From contig CAUYUJ010000279.1 of assembly GCA_963575745.1 (NCBI GenBank), positions 62,001-115,952 on the forward strand: a stretch of 53,952 nt of DNA. Reading direction: 5' to 3'. The notes below the pieces were generated by a model. The model saw only the letters and a list, made by a program, of their open reading frames with translations, had not been told where the DNA came from and did not search any database. This document shows positions 29,200 to 42,401 of this stretch, in pieces (within the stretch, counting starts at the first letter, position 1; each line of letters opens with the position of its first letter). The translations under genes and the position numbers were made by a program. Origin of the DNA: Prorocentrum cordatum. Lineage: Eukaryota.

Positions 29200-32100
29200 C
29201 TAGCCTCGCATCCGCATCTCCATATCCCACCCCCAAGCCCCGCCATGCCCGTCTTCCTCAAGGGCGGGGGTCGTCGAGGAGATGGACGTAGACGGTGTGA
29301 ACGAGGTGGGGGAAATCGCGGTAGGGCGCCCTGCCCGCACCTCCGAGGTAGCAGTCGTCGAGGAAGCCGAAGTAGATGGAGTAAACGATGTCGGAGAAGA
29401 TGCTGATGCGCATGACCTGTGCCATCGGAAGTGGACGTCGATGAGGGCATCGCGGTCGACGGAGCCTTTGATGTCGGAGGAGTGGTCGGCCAATGCCCCG
29501 CCTTCCTCCATGGCATGTGTCGACGCGGGAGCTGGAGTAGGTGGACTGTTCGGGGTCGGAGGTGCGGATGTCGCAATTAGCCTTTGGTGGCTGTGTGGGG
29601 GAGTGGGAACCAGTGCCTGTGGTCGGCGTCGGGCGCGTTGGCACCTCGCGCGGCTTCGCGCAGCGGCGAGGATGGCTATCGCCGGTGGTTAGGGGCGCAG
29701 TTGGGCGACGTAGTCGTTGTCGAGGAATCGGTGGGCGAAATCGTTGGCCGAGGCGAGCTCCTGAATTTCCTCGACCGCGTTGTAGCTGACCCCGCGGTTA
29801 TCCTACAATTGTGGCGAGTGCGCCGGTCTTGTCCGGGACGTCGTGGCGGTGGGGCCGGTGGTCGGTGATGATGTCTGCGATCAAGGCCTGTTTGCTGCTT
29901 CACATGCTGCTGGATTGAGCGATGGCCCCACGTGCCCAAAGCTCGTTGTTGTTGTTCTTGAAAGACACGTTGAATATTGCGAAGTCGTCGCCCTCGTTGA
30001 CAGTGATGGCGCCGCGGGCAAGGGAGTCCTCGAGCTTGGCGTAGTATGGGTAGCGCATGGTGTCGCCCATAGGGAAGGTGATTGTGTCGGGAGTTACCTT
30101 CTCCTGGGTATCGTTGTAACTGAGAACCAGCCAGTGGGCTTCTGGGGCTCCACTTGCATGGTGAGCGGTTGGTTGTCGCTCGTGCTGGGCGCAGTAAAAC
30201 TTGGCGTAAGGTCGGGCGAACTGGGTGCAGTAGTGTGCATGCGTTGTTCCCCTGCTTTGGATGCCCCCTTCTCGGTGCTCGCAATGTCGCGGTCGATCTC
30301 GTCTTGCGCGTGTAATGCGTTATCTTATTTGATGGTCGGTTCGAGGGGTAGGGCTTCGAATATTGCAGGCTTGGGGTCTGGGTGGAACATGCTTCCAGCA
30401 GAGATTTGGCAAGCTGGACTGGGTGTCACGGGCGAGGGTGCGGCTGCTGACAATGTGCTTGTCATTGTACTGCTGCTGCTGATGAATATGGTCGCGCGAG
30501 TCACTTGGGCTGTGTTGTCGGTTGCAGACGTCGATGCTAGTTGCTCTTTCTGGGTCGTTTCTCCCTGCGAGGTCGGCGCGCGCTTCGGTGGGGTCTCGAT
30601 GCGAATCCCGCGCTCAAGGATGCTGTGGTCGTCGCGTGATGCAAGTATGGGTTTGGGACTGCGCATCTTCTCGATGAGGTGGAGGATGCGGCGCGCACGC
30701 GGGGGGGGGATGCCTGCCTCGCGCATCGGCGCGACAACGAGCAAGTTGTGGACGAGGGTGATGAAGGGCTCGTTGGCTTGAACGAACTGGAACTGGGAGA
30801 AGAAGTGGCCTGGTGCTTGCTCGCTGCACCATAGGTGTGCTCGGTCGACCCATGCGTAGAAGTTTGGTTGCCGCAGGTAGTCGGCCAGCATCTTTGCGAG
30901 CAAGTCGTGGCTAGTGAGAGGAATGGCTGTGTCGGCCTGCTCTGGCATTGGAGGGTAGTCGGCGAGGGGTGGGGGGTACATGGGCGTCAGGCAATGGTAG
31001 GAGTTGCCGTCCCTGTTGATGCTGAAGGCCTCGATGTTCTGGTCCGTGAATGCCCGAGTACAGAGTTGGTCGTAGCCGGAGTCGCCCGGGAACTTCCACT
31101 GAGTAGTGGCGCTGGTGTCCTTGTGGTGGCAGTAGGCGAAGCTTCTCTCTAGGTCGGCGCGTGCGGTCCAACCAGGTGGTAATCTCCCAATGGTGGGATT
31201 GGTCGGGTGGGGCGCTGTGACCGTGTCTGCGCGTTGGTGGGTCACTGGGGCTGCGGAAGCTGCGGCTGGCCACAGGTGTCGCCGTGGCAATTTGACTGGG
31301 GGTTCTGCCCGGGGGTGGGCAAGGCGGGGGGGACGGCCGGGAGTCGGGGCATCGGACTGCTGGTGCAGGAGCTGGAAGGCGTTCGGCACAGGGGTGGGCA
31401 TGGCTCGGTGGAGTCGTGGAGTGGCGCGCTGCTGAATGATCTGCAGGTCGGTGCGCGTGGTAGTCGTGCGCGCTGGGCGCTGTGCTTGTTGTGGTCGAGC
31501 TTCTGGGTATGCCGTGTTCTAATCGGGGAAATTGCTGTGGGTCTAGTCGATGGGCTCAGAGCCGGCGTTGCGTAATTTATGGCAGCAGTAGAGAAGGTGA
31601 CGTTTGCTGAGGCTCCCCTCGTCGTCGATGAGATACTGTCTTGCTTTGTGGGCCTCCGTGTCGCATGGCTCGTCGATGTCGGTGACCTTTACCTGCGCGA
31701 TGCAGCCAAGTATGATGTCAGTGGGTTGCTTATACTCGGGCGCGTCGTAATCAGGTCGCTGTCTAGTCTCGGCGGGGGCATCCCCGTCGGGGGGAACTCC
31801 GCGCGGTGAGCGATGATCTCCCGCTGAGTGGCCTCGGTGTTGACGTTGGTAGTTCCGTCGATTCCTGTTGCGCAGGTCTCCGAAGTGGTAGCGACCTTCG
31901 GCAGAACTTTTGCGGGGCATTCGACAAGGGCGTTGCCAATGATGGCGGCCGCCAGGGAAGGTCACTGATTGGCGCGCTCAGCTTGAGGATCGTAACGCGA
32001 TCGATTTCCCTCGTTGGTAGTGGTGGTGCACGGTCTGTCCCAGTCCATGCCGATTGCAGAGTGGTGCCCCGTTGGTGGCATAGGTCGATTGGTACTCGTT

Positions 32101-33302
32101 GTCCTCTCGCGTCGGTCTCGTCTCAATGTAGCCCACCTTTGTGGCTCGATGTGGTGGCGGTCGATGGGCAGGATGTAGTTGTCCGCGCGGGTGTAGTGCT
32201 CCTCCTCCGCAAATGTCAATGATGTCTCTTGCGCATGCCGTAGGTACCCCTATCTCAGTGGTCGGGTGCAGGGCGCCGTAGATGTCGGTGATCGCAGCGG
32301 CGTAGATCTTCTGACTGTATCGCTCGATGTTGCTGTGAATTGCTTTGCGCTATATCTCCTCGGAGTCGTTGCGCTTCTCCATGCCCCTCGTTTCGAACGT
32401 GTGTAGGGTCTGTAGATTGGTGAACGGCTCCTCGTCTTTGTTCTTCAACGGCGTTGATTGGAGCTGCGGTGGGTCCGCGCTTGCGAGCGGCAGGGCGTCC
32501 TGCAATTCCAATTTGTGAACTGGTATCTTCTTGGGATCGCGGTCGCGAGCAGCGTCTTCTGGCGGGCGGTACTTCGTGGCCGAGCGGCGTCGTGGGCAGC
32601 TGTCAGGTCTGTCCATCCAACGGTCCGTGTCGGTCCACATCTCGTTGTTGGAGTGGACCAGGAAGCTGTCGTAAACGGTGGCCCAGCTTTCCTTGACCTT
32701 GCCCTTCCAGCACTCCCCTGTTGCGGCGACGCAGGCAATGGCGATGTGGCGACGGTAAATGGTTCGCGCAAATCCGCCCTTCACTGCAGCGGGGACGTAG
32801 ATGAAGCCCAGGTCGAGGTAGACGTGCGCATGGTGGCGCGTGAGGGCGTCGAATGCGTTGATTCCTGGTGGTAACCTTGCGATGCCTGAGCACGCGGCAG
32901 CACCTTGTGGCTCGGCTAGAGGGTCTCCTGGCGTGTAGATGAGCGCCTTCTTGTTGTCGTAGCCATTCCCTCTAGCTGGTACTCCGGTGGAACCTCGCTC
33001 CGTGTCTTACGTGGGGCTGCGCTGATGGCTGCGACGCGTTTCTGGTCAGCGTGGCCCAGATATTTAACTCCGTTGGTGCAGTAGAGCTTGACCTATTAGA
33101 AGTCGATGAACATCGGTAGTTTGCCGAGGACTTCCGCTGATATCCAGATGTCTTAGTCCTGATTTTCCTGGGGTCGGTTGGCGCGCTGGGGGCGCAGGTC
33201 CAGCGGAGCCTTCGCGGCGCACTGCGCGTGGCAATAGGGCGCGCCAGGGGCGCGCTGGCTGGTCAGCTTAAGCTGAGCTCTTGAGCCGAAGCTGGGCTAC
33301 GA
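29200..33302 (-). pseudogene. SL-headed decayed long ORF containing a WW domain (retrocopy or LINE ORF1)
   Basis: Chain of frameshifted ORF pieces (32350-32784, 31543-31965, 30325-31401, ~29900-30130). WW domain LPPGWTARADLERSFAYCHHKDTSATTQWKFP at ~31182-31088. Confidence 0.6.
33280..33302 (-). other. degenerate spliced leader relic
   Basis: TCGTAGCCCAGCTTCGGCTCAAG conserves CGTAGCC and GGCTCAAG of the DinoSL. It sits after a CAC-rich tail and ahead of a 4 kb decayed ORF. Confidence 0.7.
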
Positions 33303-33303
33303 T

Positions 33304-35200
33304 TGGTGCGAGGTGCGCTGGTGTTTGCTGGTGATGTGGTGTGAGGTGACATATTTTTGTACAGGGTGAGCGATCGGGCGCCACGATGAGGCTTGCGAGA
33401 ACCGATGCTGAGGTGACAGTCTGTATCTTAAGCAATGGACCGCCGTGGCCCGCGTTGCGGGGTGGCCACCGCCCGTCGGGGTCATCCTGCCGTGCTTCAT
33501 TGCCGCCTGTGAACGTTTAGCATGTAGTCGTTTCCTCTCTGGAAGTCGTCGCGCAGGCCCAATGGGACGCAGGACTCCGCGACGTCGTCTTCCACGCCCC
33601 AGCGCTCGCGGCATCGTGGTTGCATTCATCTGTGGTGGCTGGCATCGGTGATGTCGTGAGCTAGTAGTCTGCACATCTCAGTGGTGCATGTCTTGGCGGC
33701 GGAGCTCTTCCATAAGCCGTCGGGGTTCACTCCAATTAAATGGGGTGGTGGCCTGTGCCGTAGTTGCATTTTCCCGCCCGTCATGCTTGCGGCACCTGTG
33801 CTGCGAGGAGTGCGGCGGGCTTCGCAGCTATTTGCCCAGTCCTGCATTGGTCGAAAATCGTGAAATCCACCCCGTCGGTTCCGCTCACGTGGGCTAGCTC
33901 TGGAAGTAGCCATCTTCTTACTGCGTCTCCCTCGTCCTTGACTGTGGCGGGGTGCTCCGTGATCATGGGGGCCTTCGTATTGATGCATACGTATGCGAAG
34001 AGGATGGTGGTGCGCAGTAGCTGGCTGCCGATGCGTTGCTGGTCTAGCTCCTGCAGTGGCAGTTGTTGTAGCCCCCATTGCTGTTGACGGCGGCTCCTCA
34101 GAGGACGTGGCTGGTGCCGGAGGTGGTCCACAGTGTGATGCCGCGCTGAGCTCCATGTTTCGCAGGGTGGTCCAGATATGATCGCGGCGACGCGACCATG
34201 TAGGAGCTGGTCTCTCCAGAACTGTATGGTGTCCCAGCTAGTGAGGTCCCCCTTGATTTCGTCGTGGGCGATGTCGAGGGAAAGTGTTATGATGCTGTTG
34301 TCGTTGGGGTTGAGGAACTCTATCCGTTGTTATAGTCACCTCTGCGTCTGTGCCCACTGCAGAACTGTTTGATCACCTGGCTCGAATTTCCTGTGGGTCT
34401 TGGTATGGGCGTAGGGGCGGGGCTTGCTTCCCGTGGTGCGGTAGCAGGTACCGGTAGCTCTCTTGTAGCTTCGTGGTCCTTGGCGTACAGGGGCGGGATG
34501 TCCGTCTTGTAGCTGGCGATGTGGGCGTGGAGTGGAGGTAGTCCCACCGTGATGTTGGCCAGTTGCTCGTCGCGTATGGTCAATATGTTAGCTTATGTGG
34601 TTGCCTCGTCATGCCTGCCTGTGTCGCGGTTCCATGGTGCTGCGCTTGCAGTGCATGCTAGCGAATGTTTGTTTAATCGCCCAAATGTGTGGTATTCAGT
34701 AGTACATGTCAGGCACCTCGCTCCGTGCGCCCATCTAGTAGGGTGGTCATCAGCCGGGTGGTGTTTTCCAACGTGGGCGTAGAAGGCGTTCATCTCGTTC
34801 ATCTCTGGGCACATGAGCGTCTTGTCATTGGGGTCGTGTCGATCGTGAGCTGGGGGACGAGGACGGTGTTCTGGTAAGGTCGCAGACTGTTGTGTCATTG
34901 TCGTAGATGTCCTTGGTCTCGGCAATGTCGTATGATGCGTTGCGTCACCGTCTTGACCTGTGAAGTACAGGCTTGGGGCGTCCTGCGGATCGAGCTGAGG
35001 AAAGAGTCGAGGTCCACTGTGGGGTATAGCTGTTGCTTGTCGTCCAGGTACATCCACATCCACTGTAGGTCCTCGAACAACATTGGCTCCCATGACGAGT
35101 TGCGGCTGAGGTTGGCGTCGATGATTCGCAATAAAATGGTCGGGGCATGTTGTAGAAGTCGCGGTAGAGATCGTAGCCTGAAAATGCGCATGGCGTCCGC
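33304..35200 (-). mobile_element. 5'-truncated LINE with C-terminal DNA cytosine-5 methyltransferase (LINE-Dnmt type), degenerate
   Basis: Post-RT region RLRSLPRLLQHAPTILLRIID...W..DLQW, then zinc-finger-like CPE...HVGKHH and CLTCTTEYHTFGRLNKH, then the DNMT domain and a degenerate CAC-rich tail. Confidence 0.82.
33655..34375 (-). pseudogene. C5 cytosine methyltransferase domain
   Basis: Motif I-like FCSGHRRRGD, SLDI, GDL, catalytic SGPPCETWSSAR (GPPC at 34173-34162), PRPLRS, WGL, motif VI-like EHP, FDQCxxG, KP, and motif X-like LIG...AAKT...MCRLLA. Frameshifts after motif I and before motif X. Confidence 0.85.
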
Positions 35201-36995
35201 GTCCTACTCCTCCTCCTCCTCCTCCCTCCTCCTCCCTCTCATACATACATCAGGATCCCCACCTCCACCCTCGTCTTCTATCCCCTCCTACATTAGCCTT
35301 GTTACTCCTACTCTCCATCCTCACATTCCATCCTCCCTCCTTCATTGATTCGTTTGCCTCTGCTGGCGGCTTCGGAATTTCTCGAAGCCGACGCAGACAT
35401 GCCTCTCCCATCCTCCTCCGCTTCGTCCATCATGAGGCCCTCAACGCGCAATGTTGCATCCTCCTCCTCCTCCTCCTTTTCCTCCTCCTGTTCCTCCTCC
35501 TCCTTCTCACTCCTCCTCCTCACTCCTCACTCCTCCTCCTCCTTCTCCTCCTCCTCCTCCTGCTGATCCTCCTCCGCCTCATCCCCCTGCGCTTTCTCCT
35601 CCTCCTCCTCCTCCTCCTCCTCCTCCTCCTCCTCCTCCTTCCCCTCCTCACTTCTCCTGCTCGTCGTCGTGCGCCTCCTCCTCCTCCTCCTCCTCCTCCT
35701 CCTCCTCCTCCTCCACACGCCGCATTCCGCCCCCCGGCGCTCCTTCGAGGACAGCCAGGAGCCGACCCTCAGGGCTGCGTCGAAGAGGAGCGTGGGTAGC
35801 GCGAGGAGCGGGGTGTCGAGCCCGGCGGGTTGCCCGATGAGGTGGGAGGAGGAGGAGGAGGAGGAGGAGGAGGAGGAGGAGGAGGAGGAGGAGGAGGAGG
35901 AGGAGGAGGGGGAGGAAGAGGGGGAGGAGGAGGAGGATGCGAAGGAGGAGGAGGAGGAGAAGGAGGAGGAAGAGGAGGAGGAGAGGGGGAAGGGGGACGA
36001 GGAAAAGGAGGAGAAGGGGAGGAGGGGGGAAGAGGAGGGGATGAGGAGAGGGGATGAGGAGAAGGGGGAAGAGTGGAAGAGGAGGAGAGTAAGAGGACGG
36101 GCAGGAGTCGGAGGGCGAGGAGGAAATCCGGGAGGCCTGGCGCGACAGCTTGAGATCCAGTCCACGTCGGATCCATATCGGGATTCACGTGGGCCTTGCG
36201 TCGGATTCGCATTCACGTCGGAGTCACGCCGGACTTATGTCGGAGCATCTCCGCGCGGACGTCGTGCGGACGTGGGGACCGGGCCCGCCACCGTGCGTGG
36301 TGCACGCGGAGGCGTGGAAAAACTGCCGGGGTCTTCTGTCTGGTCGGCTTTCTGGCTTTCTGCACGGTTCTAAAGTCGGCGGCGAGCGAGGTGAGGAAGT
36401 GAGAAGGAGAAGGCCTTCTCAGAAGGCGGCGGGACTTTTCAGGAGCCCTCGCGCCTTCTGAGGGGTTCCTTGCGTCTTCGGGGGAGGCCTAAGAGACGTC
36501 TCAGAAGGCCAGGGGAAGTCGGGGAGACGTGACGGTGGGGTAGGGGCAAAGGCGAGGCTACAGGGCAATTTTTAATTCAGGGATTTTTGTTTAAATATGC
36601 GATTTTCAATACATGATTCATGTATGAATGCATGTATGCATGAACTCATCGTTGTTTTTAACACTACCCCCCGCATCTTTTATACATGATCCGCATGCGG
36701 AGCATGTATAAAAAACGGCACTGTAGACGAAAAACACTCCAAATGACCCCAAGATGACGGAAACGGAAGCATCCAGGTTGCTTCGTTCCCTGACCCCACC
36801 TCGGGTGCCCTCCACGACTCGGCTACACGCAAGAGCGACCCCAGGCAGAGAGTGGCCTCTGGTGCGCGGCTTTCGGGGAGCCGCGGGGGGGGGCCCCACG
36901 CGAGCACGGCGCCGCACCGCCGCACCGCGCTCGGCGATCGCAGGAGCACAGCGGGCGCGCACCAGAGGCCACGCCGGCGAAGGCTCGCGCTCTTA

Positions 36996-37180
36996 CCCAG
37001 ACATCCGACGTCCCGATTTTTGCGCATCATGGGCCCCCAACCTCCCGACCACTTCCCCGGGACCGGCTTTTCACCCCGAGTCGTCTTCTGACGGTCCCGG
37101 GGCCCGGCGAAGGCCTCCAGAGGCCGAAAACGAGGAAAAACCGTCGTCTCGATTTTTTTTCGAGACGCCCGCTGTCTGGG
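36996..37180. mobile_element. ~185 bp MITE (TIR CCCAGACA), TA target duplication
   Basis: ta|CCCAGACA...TGTCTGGG|ta. Same family at 21156-21339, 23812-23994, 51780-51964 and 52492-52676, and degenerate at ~22490-22670 and ~53530-53670. Confidence 0.8.
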
Positions 37181-40100
37181 TATACGTGCCGTCGGCACCG
37201 TGCCCGGCGCGCGCTGGGGCGTGAAGGAATGCCGGGATCTGTCTCTCTGGCCGGACCTCTGCACCTCTTGTGCTAAACCAGGGCGCCTATACACCTGCGC
37301 GCCGCGTGCTGCGCCCCGCGCGGGCAGCTGCACGCGCCCGCGCCGCCCCCCAGGGGAGGGCGAGGAGGGCGAGGAGGAGGAGGGCTCGGAACCGAACGGC
37401 GAAGCGCGGCGCGCGAACCGCTTCGCGCCTTCCAGGGCGCCCCTGCTGAAGGGGCCCCCCGCTCCTCTCCAAGGGGGGCGCACCTCTCGCCGCGCGCGCC
37501 TCGCCCTCGGCTCCCCGAGGCCACGCGTCCCCCTCGCAAAAAAAAAGCGCGCGCCCGAGGCCCTGACGGCCCCCCAGACGGCCTCCAAGCCTTTCCCCAT
37601 TCCTTCTCCTCTTCTTCCTCCTCCTCCTCCTCCTCCTCCTCCTTCTCTTCCTCCTCCTCCTTCTCCTCCTCCCTCCTCCTCCTCCTCCTCCTCCCTCCTC
37701 CTCCTCCTCCTCCTCCTCCTCCTCCTCCTCCTCCTCCTCCTCCTGCTGATCTTCCCCACCATCCTTCCCCAAACGTCCCCCGAAGGGTTTCTTCCCTCCC
37801 TCCGTCCCCCCCTCCCTCCCACCCTCCCACCCTCCCTCCACCCTCCCTCCGCCGCTCTACAACCACACTGCAGAAAGTACTGCTCTCATCTTTCCCCGGA
37901 GAGATGCGTGGAGAGTGCCCCGTCCTCTGCGAACGCCCTGCCCAAATCCGAAGACCCAAGGTTCGGGCTGGGGGGGTGCAATCAACCCGTATAATACGGA
38001 TGCACTGTAAGGATGGCCTTGGAGGGCCGTGTTAAAGTTGTTCGGGCGAGGCTGGCCAGCGAAAGTCGCTAAGGAATGGCCGAAGGGCAAGGACGCAAGG
38101 GTATCCTTCAAAAGTTGCGCATGCTTGCTAGGCGGGTTGACTGCGCGGGTTTCGTGTGTGTTTTCTCGATGTTCCCCGACCCCCTCCCCCCCACCCCACC
38201 CCACTGGGAATGGAGGGCACATTGGGGCCTTCGGGTTGGGTTGGGGTGGTTTGGTGGGTGGTGACAGACAGCCCAGGATCGCTCCCCGACGGGCCACATG
38301 GGACTCAAGGCGGCCCAAGATGGCCTCAAGACGGCCCACGAGGCCGTCGCGGCGCAGAGGGCCCCAACCAAAACGGCCTCGCGAGGCAACGGTCGCTGAT
38401 GTCCCGTATGCTTTGGCATGCGTTTCGGGTTCTCGCCTGTTCGAATTTCCGATACCCAAAGACGGCCAAAGATGCCACCAGGACTGCCCCAGGATCGCCC
38501 AGGAGGCCCCCGAGAGGGCTCCAAGACGGCCCGAGAGGGCTCCAAGACGGCCCGAGGGGCGCCCCCGATGGCTCGAGAGGCCCCCAAGAGAGAGCCCCAA
38601 GGCACAGCGGGAGCACGAACCCAGAGTTCGAGCCTTCCGCCCCAAGAGGCCCAACGGACCCCCTGGCCTTCTCGAGTGCCAAGCTCCCACGGTGGCGGAC
38701 TCGCCGGCGGCAGGTGGGTCACGCAACTGCCAAGGCGTGCGATAAAAAAAAAACACGACCGCGCAGAACTGGGCCGCCGAGCCAGATCTCCGCCCCCTTG
38801 CACTTTTCGCACTCACGAGGCTTCGGTGACACCGCGGACAGTCTTTGCTTTTGCCGGGCACTAAAGCTTTGCGCCTTCCGGGAGGCGATCGAAAAGGGAA
38901 TGCCACGGCGCGCCCGCGCGGCGGTAGCCGGCTCTGTCGCCGCGCCAGGGCGACCGCGCAGCCCGCGCCCACCCCCCGCCTCAGCAATGCAAAGCTGAGC
39001 AACGAAGCGACGCGACGACGTCACCGATGAGGTTCATTGCCGTCGTCTCTCGTCGGTTTCCTCAGCTTTGCATCAGGGGGGCGGGGGGCGGGGGGGCCGG
39101 CGCGGCGCTTGTCTTTGCGACATCCAAGAAGCCGTCAAACTATAGTACCGCCCGTGCAGACGTCTCGAGGAAGCATTCGGGCGTCGCGCTCCTGCGCATG
39201 TTCTCAACGTACCATCGCGCGCGGAAAATCTTTTTTTTTCCGCGCGCACCGGAATTTGGTAACGCAGTGTACTGGCCAAGTGAACATCTGACATATCCTT
39301 TTTTACGTAGATCGAGACATGTTCGGACGCGACGCGGCGCGGGGACGTCCATTGGCATCGTCGTCTCGCTGGCGTCCTAGGGGCCTTCGGTCGTCGTCTT
39401 CGTCGCTGGGCCGCCCCCGCTCGAAATTTGAAGTTGACTGGAAATGTGGCGTGCCATCTGTTTTCCGATTCCAGCTTTCAATGTGAAGCCCAACGCCGCT
39501 GCTGCTTCGTTGTAGAACGGGTGTAGAAGCCCGTGGAAACAGCGTAGAAACCGCGCACGCTTTACGTAAACACCGCAGCACACCTTAAACGCCTCAACAT
39601 CTAAATTTACTGTTGGTGGGTTAGACCGGTTTCAGTGTAACAGATGCGCGGCTTCTACGCTGTCCCCACGCGGCTTCTACTGGTCCCTACAGGGTTTCCA
39701 CTAACTCTGCCGCGACAGCAACGCTAAGGGGCGCTCCCATGTTGGCTGGGGCGAGTGGCGGAGTCAACCTGCATAATCAATTCGCTGCGTCGCGCGCTTT
39801 GCACGGTGCTTTCCCCAGTCAGGCTGCGCGGCCAGTTGCGCGGCGCCAGGCGAGGGGCCTCTAGGTAACGCAGTGTATCGGCCAGGCGTACATCTGACAT
39901 TTCCTGTTTACGTAGATCCGAATATGTTTCGACGCGACGCGGCGCGGGGGCGACCATTGGCATCGTCGCTGGCGTCCTAGGCGGCCCTCGGTCGTTGCGT
40001 CGTCGCCGGGCCGCTCCCACTCGACATTTGAACTTGGCTAAGCAAATGGCGGGCCAGCCGTTTTCCCATTCCATATTCAAATGTGTAGCCCAACGCCGCC

Positions 40101-40450
40101 GCTGCTGCTTCGTTGTAGAAACCGCATAGTAACCGCGTGGAAACCGCGCGTTCGGCACATAGAAACCGCAACACGCTAAACGTTTCAAATTTATAATTTG
40201 ACTTTTAATCGGTTGGACCGCCTTCCAAGTAAAAGATGCGCGGTTTCTACGCGGCCCCTGCGGTTCCTACGCGGCTTCTACGACTCTGCCGCGACAGCGA
40301 CGCCAGGGGGCGCTCCCGTGTTGGCTGGGGCGACTGGCGGAGTCAACCTGCGGAATCAGTTCGCTGCGTCGCGAGCACTTTCCGTGGCGCTTTCCCCATG
40401 CAGGCTGCAATGCCAGTTGCACGGCGCCGAGCGGGGGGTCCAGGGCGCGT

Positions 40451-40451
<1 letters not shown>

Positions 40452-40483
<32 letters not shown>

Positions 40484-40541
40484 TATATATATACCTATAT
40501 AATATATATATATATTATATATATTATATATATATATATAT
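40452..40541. repeat. (TA)n microsatellite inside the satellite
   Basis: Replaces GCGCGATAAAA at the homologous position in the other units. Confidence 0.95.
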
Positions 40542-42401
40542 AACGACCGCGCAGAATTCAGCCGCCGAGCCAGATCTCCGCCCCTTGCACTTTTCCCACT
40601 CACGAGGCTGGGGTGACACCGCGGACAGTCTTGGCCCTTGCCGGGCACTAGAATTTGTGGCCGCGCTGCCCCAGATTGCGCCGTTCGCGAGGTAATCGAA
40701 GCGGAAATGCCGCGGCGCGCCCGCGCGGCGGTGGCAAACTGAGTCGCCGCGCCAGGGCGAACGCGCAGCCCGCGACCCCCCTCCCCCCAGCGATGCAGAG
40801 CTGAGCAACGAAGCGACGCGACGACATCACCGATGAGGTCCATTGCCGTCTCCTGTCGGTCTCCTCAGCGTTGCATCAGGAGGGTGGATGGCGGGGGAAC
40901 CAGCGCGGCGCTTGTCTTTGCGCTTTGTCTCTGGGACGGGGGGCCGTCGCGGCGCTTCCGTGCGACGTCCATGAAACTGTCAAACTATAGCACGGCCCGT
41001 GCGGACGTCTCGGGGAAGCATTCAGGCGTCGCCCTCCTGTGCATGTGCTCAACGTACCATCGCGCGCGGATGGTCTTTTTGTGTTTTTCGTCACGCGCAC
41101 CGGAGTTGGGCAACGCAGTGTATCGGCCAGGCGTGCATCTGACATTTCCTTTTTACGAAGATCGGAACATGTTTCGACGAGGCGCGGCGCGGGGGCGTCC
41201 ATTGGCGTCGTCGTCTCGCTAGCGACCAAGGCGGCCCTCGGTCGTCGTCGTCGTCGCTCGGTCGCTCCCGCTCGTATTTGAAGATGACTAGAGAAATGGC
41301 GGGCCAGCCGTTTTCAGATTCAATCTTTACATGTGAAGCCCAACGCCGCCGCTGCTGGTTCGTTGTAGAAAACGTGTAGAAGCCAATGGAAACCGCGTAG
41401 GAGCCGCGCATGCTTTATGTAAAAACCGCAGCGCACCTTAGAGCTTCAACATGTTAAAACACTTATAATGGGTTGGACCCGGCCCCATGTAAAAGATGCG
41501 CGGTTTCTACGCGGTTTCTACGCGGCTTCTACCCGTTCCGCCACTGCTTCTACGAACTCGGCCGCGACAGCGACGCAAGGGGGCGCTCCCGTGTTGGCTG
41601 GGGCGAGTGGCGGAGTCAACCTGCAGAATCAGTTCGCTGCGTCGCGCGCACTTTGCGCGGTGCTTTCCCCACTCAGGCTGCAATGCCAGTTGCGCGGCGC
41701 CAAGCGAAGAACCCTTGGGAAACGCAATGCGTCGGCGCGGTGTGCATCTGTCATCTCCTTTGTTACGCGGGTCCGAACGTGCATCGGCGCAACGCGGCGC
41801 GGGGGCGCCCATTGGCGTCGACGTGCTAGCGTCCTAGGCGGCCCTCGGTCGTCGTCGTCGTCAATGTGGAGCTGACGAGGAAAATGGCGGGCCAGCCGGT
41901 TTCCTACTCCAGATTTAACTGTGACGCCCAACGCCGCCTTTGCTGCTTCGTTGTAGATACCGCATAGCAACCGCGTAGAATCCTCGTAGAAACTTTTCTT
42001 ACTTTGGAACCGCTGCACACCTTAAACATTTGAAATTATAAATTTACTTTCGTGGGTTTGACAAGTTTCTATGACAAATATGCGCGGTGCCAGCGCGGTT
42101 TCTACGCGGCCTCTACCGGTTCCTACGCTGTTTCTACGACTCTGCCGCGACAGCGACGCCAGGGGGCGTTCCCGTGTTGGCTGGGGCGGCTTACGGAGTC
42201 AACCTGCGAAATCACTTCGCTGCGTCGCGCGCGCTATGCGCGGTGCCCCCCCTTTTCAGGCTGCCACGTCAGTTGCGCGGCGCCGAGCGAGGGGCCCAGG
42301 GCGCGCGATAGAAAACGACCGCGCAGAATTGAGCCGCCGAGCCAGATCTCCGCCCCTCGCACATTCCCCACTCACGAGGCTTTGGTGACACCGCGGACAG
42401 T

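Noticed and set aside
32050..33060. KptA/Tpt1-like (ADP-ribosyltransferase fold) domain in the SL-headed ORF (ISAAPRK..G...GY; HYTRADN)
   Set aside because: The key RH and QGHS/HGT motifs are not actually present; too decayed to call without a profile search.
35735..37330. Additional GH3 exons (e.g. LDTPLLALPTLLFDAALRVG, VYRRPGLAQE)
   Set aside because: Plausible given the missing middle of the protein, but no diagnostic motif or phase-consistent splice pair could be fixed.
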